DNA from: an uncultured Candidatus Saccharibacteria bacterium
GTDB taxonomy: Bacteria; Patescibacteriota; Dojkabacteria; B142; JAFGMG01
DNA length: 64,000 nt
Direction of reading: 5' to 3'
Assembly: GCA_964391325.1 (NCBI GenBank)
Contig: CAYMJM010000001.1
Location: 1,438 to 65,437 of the forward strand
A program made the position numbers and the translations under genes. This document shows positions 38,868-49,373 of this stretch, piece by piece; position 1 is the stretch's first letter; the number at the start of each line of letters is the position of its first letter. Under the pieces are notes generated by a model. That model was not told the DNA's origin. It saw only the letters and a list, made by a program, of their open reading frames with translations, and ran no database searches.

Positions 38868-41795
38868 CTATAAAAATTCCTTAAGGTCAACAGGTTCGTC
38901 AAAATGTAGGCTGGATATATGCAGGTACGCCTGCCTTACTAATTCCCTAATACGTTCTGTGTCTATCTTGTCTGCAGTAAATATTTCGGATTTTATATTG
39001 CCTCTTGAATCTGGTTTAATAAAAGCAATCTCAAATTCGACAGGAATAAAATCAAACCTATCATCTAGTTCTATAAGCATTTTATAAAATTGTAATTGTC
39101 TAAGCAGTTTTCCATCTGATGATTTAGTTTTACCTAGAATTTCATTCCTCGATCTCGGACGGCTGGTCTTATAGTCTGTAATTTTTACATAGCGCTTTGA
39201 CTTGTCTATCCATTCTAATTTGTCTATTTTTCCCGTTAGGGAAATGCTGTCAAGTGCAATATTTCGATTTTTAAAATTAAATTCAACTTCCGCACAGGGT
39301 TTTGATATAGTCTTTAATATCTCAAAATATTTACTGAAAAGGTTTTCTGCCTCTGTCTTTATTGTAGTAGCCTCTGATTCAATAAGGTATTCTCTTTTTA
39401 ATATCAGATCAACAAGGCCTAAATAGTAAGAAAGTTCTTTTGTTTTTTTCTGGACAAAATCACGGTTAAACCTTTCGAGGAGAGCATGAATAACTGTCCC
39501 TAGGATTAGTTCTTTGGATTTTACCTTAGGTAATTTTATTATATATTCATATAAAAAGTTTCTAGGGGAGTCAATGTAGCAATTTAAAGATGTTAAACTT
39601 AATTTAAACTCGGCTAATTGTGACTTCAGGTACTCCTTTTCTAGCATAGTTAAGTCAAGTGGGGGTACCTGCTCAAGAATTATTGTATTGACAGAGTCGT
39701 TTGATGGTATAGTTTCTGTTTGTAACGCTTTTTGAGAAATCTCACTAATGAACTGAGAGCGGACCAGTGACCTTTCTTTTCCCTCTTCTATGCTTTTTTG
39801 GGGGTATGTTAATATGACTGATTTTTTCGCTCTTGTCAGACCGACATATAGTAGTCGTCTTTCCTCTTCATTGGGATCCATCTTGTTTATATTTATAGTA
39901 TCGACAACACCGCCAGGAAGTGGTATTTTATCCATCACCTTTCTATTCCCCCATACCCTATCATTCAATTTGATAATGAACACATATTCAAACTCAAGTC
40001 CTTTAGCTCTATGCACAGTCATAAAATTGACTCCTCCGATGTTGTCAGTGTAATCCATGGCTATTGATAACCGGTTTTCTTGAAGAGCTTTCAAATCATT
40101 TAACAGATTTGGCAGTGTGTAAGTCCATGAGTTCATACTTATGTTTCGGGAAAACTGAAATAATGAGATAAGAGCATTGAGTGCGTCTATATCATGCTTG
40201 TTTTTTAGGTAGTCCAGTAGACCAGATTCATAGAGAATTTTTTCAAGAAGTCTGACTAAATGCATGTTATAAGCGTCATTATTCCAATTTATTATGTTAT
40301 TTTTCAAGTTTATAATATCGTTCTCTTTTCTCTCCTGTAACAGATCCCAGAGATTTTTATTTTGAGAATAAGCTTCTCTTGCAAGTTTAAAAAGGAGAAG
40401 TCTATCTATCTGGAAAAAATCATAATTGAGTATTTCAAAAAGTAGTTGGTCATCTTCGTAAGATGCTATCGTTTTTAAAAGGTTAATAAATTTCTTTACA
40501 TATTCATTCTCAAGTATGTCTACCCTATCTTGGATGTTAATAGCCACTTTGGATTTAAGAAATACTTGTTTGATATTTGCTGTGTCTTTATGGTTTCTAT
40601 AAAGAACAGCTATCTCGGAAGGATTGACTCCGTTTTTGATTAACGTTTTCACTTCTTCCAGAACATATAATTCTTCTTGATCAGCAGTTTCAAACTCTTT
40701 GACCTCTATGAAACTTTTGGCTTTATTTGTAGATTTTAAGTTTTTATTTAATGAGCTTATCTGGTTTTCAAGAGAAGTTTTATTGTACTTAATTAGTGAC
40801 CTCGCACCATCCAGTACTTTTTGAGGACATCGATATGTCTGATTTAGTGTAATAATTTTAGTCTCTGGATACTGTTTGATGAATTCAAACATATTTTCAA
40901 CATTTGCACCCTGAAATCTATATATTGACTGGTCGTCATCTCCTACAACAAATATGTTAGGACTACGATCAAAGCTTCCCAGTAGTTTCAGTATACGGCT
41001 TTGTGCTCCATTGGTGTCCTGAAATTCATCTACTAAAATATACAGGTATTGCTCTTGGAAATTGGCCAAAAGCTCTTCGTCCTTTTCAAATCTCTCTGTG
41101 ACAAATAAAATCATATCATCGTAGTCATACAGTTCGTTTTCTTCCATGTACTCCTGATAATGTCTGTATATTTTGAGAAGTTCTGTGTTTTTATTAACTA
41201 TTTTTTCTTGCTTTAGCCATTTCCCGTAAGGTTTATTTGTTCGTGGATTGAGTTTTTCCATAGAATCTAATTCGTCTTGCTCAGCTTTTATCATGTCTTC
41301 TAGTTCATCCGCAGTAATCGCTTCTCTTTTCAGATCTGAAATGGATTTAATAATGTCATTTTTGTAAAGATGTGGATTTGAAAATGTAGTTAAGTGCTCA
41401 AGCTCGAGCTCATCAATGAATTGCTCAATTAACCTTATCTTTTCTAGATCTGTAATCTGACGTGAATTTCCGGAGAAGCCAAATTTATCTGGATATCTTT
41501 GAATTACCTCATTACAGAAAGCATGGAAAGTCATTAACTTTACTTTGTATGCATCACTACCGATAAATTCTCTGAGCTTATTGCGCATGTTTGAAGCAGC
41601 ATTATCAGTAAAGGTTAAGGCAAGAATGTTTGAAGGATGAGCGTCTGTTTCTTTCAGTATGTTGGCTATTCTTGCAGTTAAAGTGTAAGTCTTACCACTA
41701 CCTGGTCCTGCTACTAGTATAACCGGGCCTTCTATCGTTTTTACTGCTTCCAGCTGTTTGGGATTTAGGGATTTGAGAACTTCATGAAAATTCAT
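38868..41795 (-). CDS. UvrD/PcrA-like helicase with C-terminal PD-(D/E)XK nuclease
   Basis: AGPGSGKT, VDEFQDTN, GDDDQSIY.FQGA, TVHRAKGLEF, EERRLLYVGLTRAK; GKIDK..ITDYKT..QL.FY. Confidence 0.92.
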   Translation of the reverse strand: MNFHEVLKSLNPKQLEAVKTIEGPVILVAGPGSGKTYTLTARIANILKETDAHPSNILALTFTDNAASNMRNKLREFIGSDAYKVKLMTFHAFCNEVIQRYPDKFGFSGNSRQITDLEKIRLIEQFIDELELEHLTTFSNPHLYKNDIIKSISDLKREAITADELEDMIKAEQDELDSMEKLNPRTNKPYGKWLKQEKIVNKNTELLKIYRHYQEYMEENELYDYDDMILFVTERFEKDEELLANFQEQYLYILVDEFQDTNGAQSRILKLLGSFDRSPNIFVVGDDDQSIYRFQGANVENMFEFIKQYPETKIITLNQTYRCPQKVLDGARSLIKYNKTSLENQISSLNKNLKSTNKAKSFIEVKEFETADQEELYVLEEVKTLIKNGVNPSEIAVLYRNHKDTANIKQVFLKSKVAINIQDRVDILENEYVKKFINLLKTIASYEDDQLLFEILNYDFFQIDRLLLFKLAREAYSQNKNLWDLLQERKENDIINLKNNIINWNNDAYNMHLVRLLEKILYESGLLDYLKNKHDIDALNALISLFQFSRNISMNSWTYTLPNLLNDLKALQENRLSIAMDYTDNIGGVNFMTVHRAKGLEFEYVFIIKLNDRVWGNRKVMDKIPLPGGVVDTININKMDPNEEERRLLYVGLTRAKKSVILTYPQKSIEEGKERSLVRSQFISEISQKALQTETIPSNDSVNTIILEQVPPLDLTMLEKEYLKSQLAEFKLSLTSLNCYIDSPRNFLYEYIIKLPKVKSKELILGTVIHALLERFNRDFVQKKTKELSYYLGLVDLILKREYLIESEATTIKTEAENLFSKYFEILKTISKPCAEVEFNFKNRNIALDSISLTGKIDKLEWIDKSKRYVKITDYKTSRPRSRNEILGKTKSSDGKLLRQLQFYKMLIELDDRFDFIPVEFEIAFIKPDSRGNIKSEIFTADKIDTERIRELVRQAYLHISSLHFDEPVDLKEFL

Positions 41796-41832
41796 AATAT
41801 GATTATACCAGCAAATATACAGGCTGTGTTCA

Positions 41833-42978
41833 TTAGGCAATAAAATATAGCCATAATCCAACCAAAGCACAGACTATGCCAGCAAGCCAGAATCTCATAG
41901 TTACCTTTTCTTCATTCCACCCTGCTACTTCAAAGTGATGGTGGAGGGGGGCCATTTTGAAGACTCTCCTTCCGATAGTTCTTCGGGCTACTCCCTGTAT
42001 TAACGAACTACCTACCTCAGCTACAAAGGGAAATCCAATTACAGGCAATAGCATAGGAACTCGAAGTTCTAATGCAATAGTAGCTAAAAGCGCTCCTAGC
42101 GAAAGCGATCCGACGTCTCCCATTTGAAACCTGGCAGGAGGTATGTTGAAGTATAGGTACGACATTAAAGAAGCCATTACAGAGATGGTCAATAAGGTCA
42201 TTGGCATCATCTCTGTCGGTGCATCACTTAGGTAAGGTTGTAATATTTCTTGGTTAAAAGATATGGCAAAGAGAGCTCCAAATGCTGGGAGCAATAACCC
42301 TGCTGCTAAAGCATCCATTCCGTCTGAAAGATTGACAGCATTAGTCATAGCGACTACCACAAATACAACAAAGGGGATCATTAAGAAACCAATATCTATT
42401 GTTCCTAAACCAAAAAATGAGAGCTCTCCTGGATTGGTCCAGCCAGATTCAAAAAATAGCCACCAGGCCACAAGTAACCCAGCTAATGATTGTACAATGA
42501 CTTTTTCATGCGCTTGGATACCTTTGCCCGGGTTAGAACCTAAGAGGTAGAAGAATCTTTTATAGGTCAACCACGGTAGTAAAAGGATATATTTAATTCT
42601 CTGTACTTTACTTTTGTGAACTTTAATTAGTGTAACTACTCTATCGAGGTGCATTACTTTACGCTCTTTTCCGTAAATATTTAGAATGTCATCAAAAGCT
42701 CCGAGCAATGCTGAGACAAAGAATACCAACAAGGGAATCTTGGTAACATCATTCCAGTTTGCAATAACGTTCGTGAATAAAACGCTTACTACTATGATTA
42801 ACCCACCCATTATAGGGGTACCTACCTTTAATTTTCTTTTCTCAATAAGCGTAGAAAAGTCAATATCTATTTTCCTAGTAATCCCAAACTCATAAAGCAG
42901 TCGTATGATTGGGAATGCTATAAGAAAACTAAAAAAAAGATTGAGTATGGCAAATGTGGTAATTGTCTCGAAATTCAT
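41833..42978 (-). CDS. mraY: phospho-MurNAc-pentapeptide transferase
   Basis: GTPIMGG, GAFDD, NAVNLSDGMDAL, MGDVGSL.LG, MAPLHHHFE. Confidence 0.95.
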   Translation of the reverse strand: MNFETITTFAILNLFFSFLIAFPIIRLLYEFGITRKIDIDFSTLIEKRKLKVGTPIMGGLIIVVSVLFTNVIANWNDVTKIPLLVFFVSALLGAFDDILNIYGKERKVMHLDRVVTLIKVHKSKVQRIKYILLLPWLTYKRFFYLLGSNPGKGIQAHEKVIVQSLAGLLVAWWLFFESGWTNPGELSFFGLGTIDIGFLMIPFVVFVVVAMTNAVNLSDGMDALAAGLLLPAFGALFAISFNQEILQPYLSDAPTEMMPMTLLTISVMASLMSYLYFNIPPARFQMGDVGSLSLGALLATIALELRVPMLLPVIGFPFVAEVGSSLIQGVARRTIGRRVFKMAPLHHHFEVAGWNEEKVTMRFWLAGIVCALVGLWLYFIA

Positions 42979-43144
42979 ATGAATTGTCTAATAAATCACT
43001 AGGTATTATTATGCTAATCTTTATCATTTTTGTCCAGAGCCTCATTGTTGGTTATTATAATGCATGCTATACTCAACGATGAGAAGGTTATTTAAAATAT
43101 AAGGTATTAATAACGCAGAGGATATAAAATTATTTCATAACAAA

Positions 43145-43360
43145 ATGGCTCAAAGATTGCTAAAAAAGTTAATAGCTCCTATGCAGCAAGTACTGCTACA
43201 AAGAGGTCTGTGCCCTGCCTGTACAAGGAGACTCGATGATATAAAACATAGAGATCCACGACCAAATAACACTGTGAGAGTTCAGTGTGAATGTGGTCGT
43301 ATCTATATACTAGACGTAACAACTGATACATATAGAAGAGCTATGCTGTCAGAAGTCTGA
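43145..43360 (+). CDS. small Zn-finger protein
   Basis: CPAC...CECGRIY; 11 nt upstream of uvrC. Confidence 0.7.
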   Translation: MAQRLLKKLIAPMQQVLLQRGLCPACTRRLDDIKHRDPRPNNTVRVQCECGRIYILDVTTDTYRRAMLSEV

Positions 43361-43371
43361 TACAATAGTAT

Positions 43372-44913
43372 ATGAAACTAAGCAAAGAGTACTTACAATC
43401 GCTACCATCATCCCCAGGCTGCTATATCTACAAAGATAAGTACGGGAAAGTGCTATATGTTGGCAAGGCTGTAAATATCAGAGCCAGAGTTGGCTCCTAT
43501 TTCTCTTCTGATAGAAGCCTACCTTCAAAAATCCAACTAATGCTCAAGCAAGCGGTGAAGATTGAAATTATTACAGTGGATTCTGAGGTCGAAGCTTTGA
43601 TACTTGAAACAAATTTGATAAAAAAATACCGCCCTAAATACAATAGGTTGATGAAGGATGATAAAAACTATGTATGGGTTATGTTTGATAATACAAGAGC
43701 ATTCGCGAAGCCCGAAATCGTCAGGGAAAAACGTGTTCCTAAAGCAACCTACTTTGGTCCTTATCCGCAAAAATTCCCCGCAGCAAAAGTTCTACGGAGA
43801 CTTCGGAGGTTATTTCCTTACTGCAACACTTCATTTAAAACAACTGTGATACAAAGAGGTACTAAAAAACAATATATTGGAAGAGAGGCTAGACCTTGTT
43901 TAGACTACCATCTCGGTTTATGCAGCGGGGTTTGTGCTGGACTGGCTTCGCAGACAGAGCATAGAAGAAATATAAACAATATCAAAAGATTTTTCAGAGG
44001 GGAAAAAATGTCAATTTATCAGAATTTGGAAAAAAGGATGAAAAAATTAGCAGCGCAGAAAAACTTTGAAGAGGCTGGAAAAATTCGAGATCAGCTCAGC
44101 GATCTTGAATATGTAACACAGCGAATCAGGATTGATAATACAACAGATGATGATAATTTCTTGAAAAAGAAATTAAGTACTAATCATCAAGCAATAGAAC
44201 AGCTAGGACAGAAGCTTAAAATTGATTTATTTCAAGAAAAGATCAAAACAAAAGATTTAAATACTATTAGAATTGAATGTTATGATATTTCTAATATTCA
44301 GGGTTCAAATGCGACTGGATCAATGGTAGTATTTGTAGGTGGAAGACCTGCAAAAGATCATTATAGGAAATTCAAAATACGATTGAAAACAACACCAGAT
44401 GACTTTGCCATGATGCAGGAAGTATTAACTAGAAGGTTTGGTCGTAAACCATCACAAGACCTTAGTTTTAGAGAAATCCCCGATTTAATCATAATTGACG
44501 GTGGAAAGGGGCAGTTAAGCAGTGCATATGAGATATTAGGAGGTCTAAGTATTATTAAAAGTGTTTCTATTGTTGGCTTGGCAAAGAAGCAAGAAGAAAT
44601 ATTTAAAATTGCCGAAGGAGAGTTCAAAAGAATTGTGTTACCCCGTAGGTCCAATGCTCTTTATCTGGTTCAGAGAATTAGAGATGAAGCGCATAGGTTT
44701 GCAATAGGTTATCATAGACTACTAAGATCAAAATCAAGCACAAAATCAAGGTTAGATGATGTACCTGGTATTGGAAATGTTACAAAAAAACGTCTACTGC
44801 TTGCATTTGGGAGCTTAGAGGGAATTAAAAAGGCGTCTGAGAAAGATCTCGCTACTGTTGTTCGCAACAGACGCACAGTGAATGCAATTTTAAAATTGAG
44901 AAGCGAATTATAG
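43372..44913 (+). CDS. uvrC: excinuclease ABC subunit C
   Basis: GIY-YIG (GCYIY..LYVGKA), RIECYDISN, IIDGGKGQL, RIRDEAHRFA, HhH. Confidence 0.97.
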   Translation: MKLSKEYLQSLPSSPGCYIYKDKYGKVLYVGKAVNIRARVGSYFSSDRSLPSKIQLMLKQAVKIEIITVDSEVEALILETNLIKKYRPKYNRLMKDDKNYVWVMFDNTRAFAKPEIVREKRVPKATYFGPYPQKFPAAKVLRRLRRLFPYCNTSFKTTVIQRGTKKQYIGREARPCLDYHLGLCSGVCAGLASQTEHRRNINNIKRFFRGEKMSIYQNLEKRMKKLAAQKNFEEAGKIRDQLSDLEYVTQRIRIDNTTDDDNFLKKKLSTNHQAIEQLGQKLKIDLFQEKIKTKDLNTIRIECYDISNIQGSNATGSMVVFVGGRPAKDHYRKFKIRLKTTPDDFAMMQEVLTRRFGRKPSQDLSFREIPDLIIIDGGKGQLSSAYEILGGLSIIKSVSIVGLAKKQEEIFKIAEGEFKRIVLPRRSNALYLVQRIRDEAHRFAIGYHRLLRSKSSTKSRLDDVPGIGNVTKKRLLLAFGSLEGIKKASEKDLATVVRNRRTVNAILKLRSEL

Positions 44914-44918
44914 CCTAC

Positions 44919-45980
44919 TTATCTATGATATAACATGTACTTTGTCCCTCTTCCCTGCCCTTCTATTTTTAAAAGTTTTTTTTCCACTAATTCTGTTAGG
45001 TCTCTATACGCAGTCATTGTACTTACATCCATCATATGAACGTAATCCTCTCTTTTAACTGTTGGAATGGTTTGCAGGTACCTTAGTATTTTTAACTGTC
45101 TTTTATTTAGATCTAGAAAGGGTTGTTTAGAACCTTTTTCTTCGTCACGAACCGATTTTCGCATCTCTTCTTTTGTTTCTCTCATATCAGAGGCAAGATT
45201 TTTAGTAAGCCTCTCTAGCCAGATGGTGATGTTCTTCCCTTCTGTTTTTCCCGTATTATTTTTAATTTGATTCCAGGCATCTAAATACTCATCTTCATAT
45301 ACGTCAAAATTTCGGGAAGTTGGGAGGTAAGATTTCGCGACATATCCATTTTTATACAGTAAATAATCGGCTATTGCTATTGCCGTTAGTTTATTTGCAA
45401 AAAGAAGAGGACAGATTTCGATAAACTTCTCAATGAATACACCTACTCTTAAAAGGTCATGCACTTTGGACATGCTGTTCTTGTACCAGTCAATTAAAAG
45501 TGCTATTTGCTGTTGGACCTTCATAGGCTCTATTGATTCATCTCTTAAAGTTGCCCAGTTTTCTAGGGTAAGGTCCACACCCTCTCCGCCAGTTCTAAAT
45601 TTAGCCTCCCAGCTCTCTCGCCAGTCAGTCAGCAAAATTTTATTTAAGTGCAGAATAATGTTTAAATCTATATCTACATAAGTGTCTGAAATATTGGATC
45701 TGGTAAACTCTAAGACATTTCTATAGTTATTTAGAACTGTGCCTCTAATATCTTCAGTAACAACTCTTTTCCCTTCGCTGACTTTTTCTGCATCTCTTAG
45801 GGTTAAGTTTACATTTAAAATATGCGCGAAGTGAAACAAGTCTAAAGTTTTTGCTCTTTGGCTTAGTCTATTCCTGGTGCGTGTAGAAAAAACGGTATTT
45901 TCAACAGCTTGTTTGTCAATTTCAAGTTTGACTATGTTATTTAAGATATTATCTGTGATGGTATAGTTAGGCTCGTACAT
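44919..45980 (-). CDS. degenerate Fic-domain protein with C-terminal DeoR-type wHTH
   Basis: MYEPNYTIT start, ILHLNKILL, Fic-motif position reads ICPLLFANKLTA; LN.RQ.KIL...VS.MTAYRDL.EL...G.GRGTKY. Confidence 0.75.
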   Translation of the reverse strand: MYEPNYTITDNILNNIVKLEIDKQAVENTVFSTRTRNRLSQRAKTLDLFHFAHILNVNLTLRDAEKVSEGKRVVTEDIRGTVLNNYRNVLEFTRSNISDTYVDIDLNIILHLNKILLTDWRESWEAKFRTGGEGVDLTLENWATLRDESIEPMKVQQQIALLIDWYKNSMSKVHDLLRVGVFIEKFIEICPLLFANKLTAIAIADYLLYKNGYVAKSYLPTSRNFDVYEDEYLDAWNQIKNNTGKTEGKNITIWLERLTKNLASDMRETKEEMRKSVRDEEKGSKQPFLDLNKRQLKILRYLQTIPTVKREDYVHMMDVSTMTAYRDLTELVEKKLLKIEGQGRGTKYMLYHR

Positions 45981-46024
45981 TTGTATTGTTATAATTTAAG
46001 AAGTGGACACGGTATTCAAGACCA

Positions 46025-46097
46025 AGCTGGTTGTGAGAGTCGAACTCACGACCTATCCCTTACGAAGGGAGTGCTCTACCAACTGAGCTAAACCAGC
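46025..46097 (-). tRNA. tRNA-Thr(CGT)
   Basis: Reverse complement GCTGGTTTAGCTCAGTTGGTAGAGC..TTCGTAA..GTTCGA..AACCAGCT; CCA not encoded. Confidence 0.95.
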
Positions 46098-46172
46098 ATT
46101 GTAGCTAAATTCTAGTAAGTTAACTTATGATAACATAAGCATATCATTTTGTGTATCATTTTACGCAACTTT

Positions 46173-46835
46173 TCAATGAACTGGCTGATCTGTAGTTTTT
46201 ATAAGCTGTGCGTTGTAGGCATCTAGTATGTATGTTGTTACAGGCGTATTCTTTTTATCCCCTGCTGTACTTATTTCTTCTATTTTCCAAACATAGCCGT
46301 AGTCTTCTGTTTCTCCTAAATACATGCTGTAATAATTAGCTTGAGGGTCAAGGCCATTGGCTACAGCACTTTTATATATGACGCTCGAATTCAAAACTCT
46401 ATTATAATCTTTGGGGTAACTTATATTCTCGTATCGTAAGTCGTCCTCGTTAATTTTTTCAGAGTTCTTTAATGGATCGACAATAACTTCTCCTTCTTTA
46501 TATTGAACAGTAAGTATAGAATATTTAATTTTAGAGTAATAAATACAATCCCATGTGTAAAATTTTCCTTCGTCAACTCCTAGCAACCCAAATTGCGTAG
46601 AATCTGGCGCAATCCCAGTGCAGCTATATAGCCTGGCATCAGAAGACCACTGTTCTGCTTTTTTAGAAGTACTAATAACAGCTTCGTAGCTATCACGTTC
46701 ATCATATTCAGGAGATGTGGCAAGGTTATTCTGGCTAGTCTTTTTACTGCTTATGTCAAGCAGTAAAAAAGCGCCTAATCCAAGTAGAATAATCAGAAAA
46801 ATTCCTGTAGCTATTTTTATTAATTTAGGGTTCAT
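46173..46835 (-). CDS. hypothetical membrane-anchored exported protein
   Basis: N-terminal TM, soluble domain with two Cys. Confidence 0.65.
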   Translation of the reverse strand: MNPKLIKIATGIFLIILLGLGAFLLLDISSKKTSQNNLATSPEYDERDSYEAVISTSKKAEQWSSDARLYSCTGIAPDSTQFGLLGVDEGKFYTWDCIYYSKIKYSILTVQYKEGEVIVDPLKNSEKINEDDLRYENISYPKDYNRVLNSSVIYKSAVANGLDPQANYYSMYLGETEDYGYVWKIEEISTAGDKKNTPVTTYILDAYNAQLIKTTDQPVH

Positions 46836-47145
46836 AATGATTATATAAAAATGTAGTTTAATATACTATAAATTAAAGTTAAGATTATATAGTGTTTTAT
46901 CTTAATACTTACAAATCTAAAATGCTCTATATTAGAAGATTTTTGACATTAGAGGTGCACTCCCCACTAAATGTCTAGGCGAGACAATGACTAAACTACC
47001 TTGGAAGGTTTACTGATTGACCAGTATACTCTCCCCTCACAAAACCATAATCAGTACTGACTAGCTTTAAATCCTCTTGTGTTTTCCATGTGGCGTTTGG
47101 GGACTACAAAAGTCGTTTATTTGTTTCCCTAATTCGTAGCTTATC

Positions 47146-47667
47146 TTAATTATATCTGAATCTAACTTTCTGGGTCTTCTCTCTAGTACTGACATAAGCG
47201 ACAATGTCTATATCAGGTGAGGCTAGTTGAACCATAGTTCCTACGCCAGGCTGCTCATATAGACTGACACCTGGAATTTCCTGCTTTTCAACTTGTTTGA
47301 TAAGTTCGTTGTATTGAGCGTCTTCAGTATAAAAGTCAACATCACCTAGGTACTGTCCGTATGGTGTTGGATCGGGCTTTCTTATATACAAGTAAGTATA
47401 AGCTACTTCAGGCGCATCCCTGTTTGCTGGAAAAATTATTGGCTCATGTAATCTAAAATATTTACGGTTTGGCTCGCTAGAAGCCTCGGTTAGCTGAGTA
47501 CGTAATTTGACTAGAAATTCATACTCATTATCAAAGTGACAAAACACTCCTATGTTACCTGGATTAGGGAAGTAATGATTGAAGGATTGCTTACATAGTT
47601 TATAGGCAGAATAGTGAATGTATTTAATGCGTTTTAACAATTCATCCGCTGTGTTAATTGGGGTCAT
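47146..47667 (-). CDS. hypothetical protein, possibly VOC/YecM-like fold
   Basis: YFRLHEPI..YLYIRKPD...GDVDF pattern. Confidence 0.55.
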   Translation of the reverse strand: MTPINTADELLKRIKYIHYSAYKLCKQSFNHYFPNPGNIGVFCHFDNEYEFLVKLRTQLTEASSEPNRKYFRLHEPIIFPANRDAPEVAYTYLYIRKPDPTPYGQYLGDVDFYTEDAQYNELIKQVEKQEIPGVSLYEQPGVGTMVQLASPDIDIVAYVSTREKTQKVRFRYN

Positions 47668-47686
47668 AGGTTTGTATTGATAAAAA

Positions 47687-47759
47687 AGCGAACGACGAGA
47701 TTCGAACCCGCGACCTCTTCCTTGGGAAGGAAGCGTTCTACCAACTGAACTACGTTCGC
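47687..47759 (-). tRNA. tRNA-Gly(CCC)
   Basis: Anticodon arm CTTCC-TTCCCAA-GGAAG, GGTTCGAAT; CCA not encoded. Confidence 0.95.
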
Positions 47760-47805
47760 TTATACCTAGATATTAATACTTTTCCGTTGATTTGAAAAGA
47801 GACTG

Positions 47806-48309
47806 TCAAACTTTATAAGCAATAAGTTTCCCTGTCTTTTTTATTTGTTCAAAGCCTTCTAAATGAAACGTGTTAGTTATAATTCGGGTCCCTGGTCTAA
47901 GCTCCTGCTTAAATTTTCCTGCCAAATCAGACATAGTTGCCGGTAATAGGTAACAAAAAATCACATCATAGTCTCTTAGATTAACTTTATATAGATTTTT
48001 TCTTTCCACTTGAACGTCTGTGTGTGTGATTGCAGCCTTCACTTTTGTATAAGTCACAAGGAAAGGGTTTAATTCAACACCAACTACAATCTTGGCATGC
48101 TTGCTGGCCTCAAATAAAATTCTACCATCTCCCGAGCCTAAGTCTATAACTTTATCATCTTTACCGATATCAGCTATCTCAACCATATTCCTAACTAATT
48201 TTTTATTTGAAGGATAGTAAGGGGGAGATCCAAATACCGGCGGGATAAACCAGTAGCACAAAAAAATCGCATATGTAAAAAGTAATAGTAACAAAAGTAT
48301 TTCAACCAT
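47806..48309 (-). CDS. membrane-anchored class I SAM methyltransferase (FAM173/aKMT-like)
   Basis: TM, then PYYPS, DLGSGDGR, GVELNP, FCYLLP, RIITNTF; start codon overlaps the stop of the upstream gene. Confidence 0.82.
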   Translation of the reverse strand: MVEILLLLLLFTYAIFLCYWFIPPVFGSPPYYPSNKKLVRNMVEIADIGKDDKVIDLGSGDGRILFEASKHAKIVVGVELNPFLVTYTKVKAAITHTDVQVERKNLYKVNLRDYDVIFCYLLPATMSDLAGKFKQELRPGTRIITNTFHLEGFEQIKKTGKLIAYKV

Positions 48310-49271
48310 CAGATTCCACTAATAATACAAACAGGACTAGAATATCTTCTTTTCTTGCCTAGGGCGCGTATGAGTCCTGCAAAGGAGAGGCAGCCATTAT
48401 AAGTTAGGTCTGGCAGGTTAGTCTTTTTTTGAAGGAATGTTGTAGCTTTAATAATTTCTTTTGTTGATAAAACCCACCCTGAGCCCTGGGAATTTTTAAT
48501 TATTTCTATAACTTCTTCTTTTCTTTTTGCTACCTTATCTACAATTGCATCTGCAGGGCTATCTCCCGACTGCTCGAAGGCCATATCAAACCCTTTTGCC
48601 ATAGGATGAACTTTGGTTGTTTGGCATATATGAATTTGGGGTATTGGTATATCTATATCATTATAGCCTTTTGCCAACCCGACTGTGCTTGTTCCGGAGC
48701 TGCAGGGGATAAAAATTGCGTCGGTTTGAGGAGCTTCTTTTGCAAGTTCGTATGAAATTGTTTTAAACCCTTCGATCGCTATTTTATCTTCCGAGCCTCT
48801 GAGATTAATATAGTTCCCCTGGTTACTAAACTTTATTGCATCAGACTTAGCTCTTTCAGAGAAATTCAAAGTAATTCTTGGGTTGGTGTTAATAATGTGC
48901 TCTAAGTGTTTTAACTTATTTTTATTTATTTTATTGGATACAAAAATTGCTAACTTGATATCAGTAAGGTTGACATAAGCAGCAGCTGAGTTTGCAGCAT
49001 TGCCTGACGATGATATAAGCAGTTTTTTCTTCCCATGGGTGTTGTAATATGAGACCTGAAAAGCAAGGCTTCTATCCTTAAAAGATTTATTTGGGTTCAT
49101 GGTTTCCAGTTTCAGTAATACTTTTTGTGTACTTTTAGCTTCAACCCCTAGGTGTTTTAGTTCATATCTATCAAGATAAATTGTATAAATATTAGTTTGC
49201 CCTTCTCCCAAGCTCAGCTGGAACTTTTCGGGAATTTGAGCGCTGATTTTAGGGAACCTCCAAATTGACAT
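48309..49271 (-). CDS. threonine-synthase-like fold-type II PLP enzyme
   Basis: SLGEGQT, KLETMNPNKSFKDRS (PLP Lys), SSSGNA, FIPCSSGT, CIISG. Confidence 0.82.
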   Translation of the reverse strand: MSIWRFPKISAQIPEKFQLSLGEGQTNIYTIYLDRYELKHLGVEAKSTQKVLLKLETMNPNKSFKDRSLAFQVSYYNTHGKKKLLISSSGNAANSAAAYVNLTDIKLAIFVSNKINKNKLKHLEHIINTNPRITLNFSERAKSDAIKFSNQGNYINLRGSEDKIAIEGFKTISYELAKEAPQTDAIFIPCSSGTSTVGLAKGYNDIDIPIPQIHICQTTKVHPMAKGFDMAFEQSGDSPADAIVDKVAKRKEEVIEIIKNSQGSGWVLSTKEIIKATTFLQKKTNLPDLTYNGCLSFAGLIRALGKKRRYSSPVCIISGI

Positions 49272-49373
49272 TTTGTAGTGAAATTTATTAATAATTTGCG
49301 TTAATATATTGCTTTGCTTATCATAGCAAAGGACAGGGTAAAATAAAATGTATTATTTTTTATCTAGAATGTT

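Noticed and set aside
46860-47140. Intergenic stretch as an ncRNA or gene remnant
   Set aside because: Only short stop-interrupted frames and no convincing structure.
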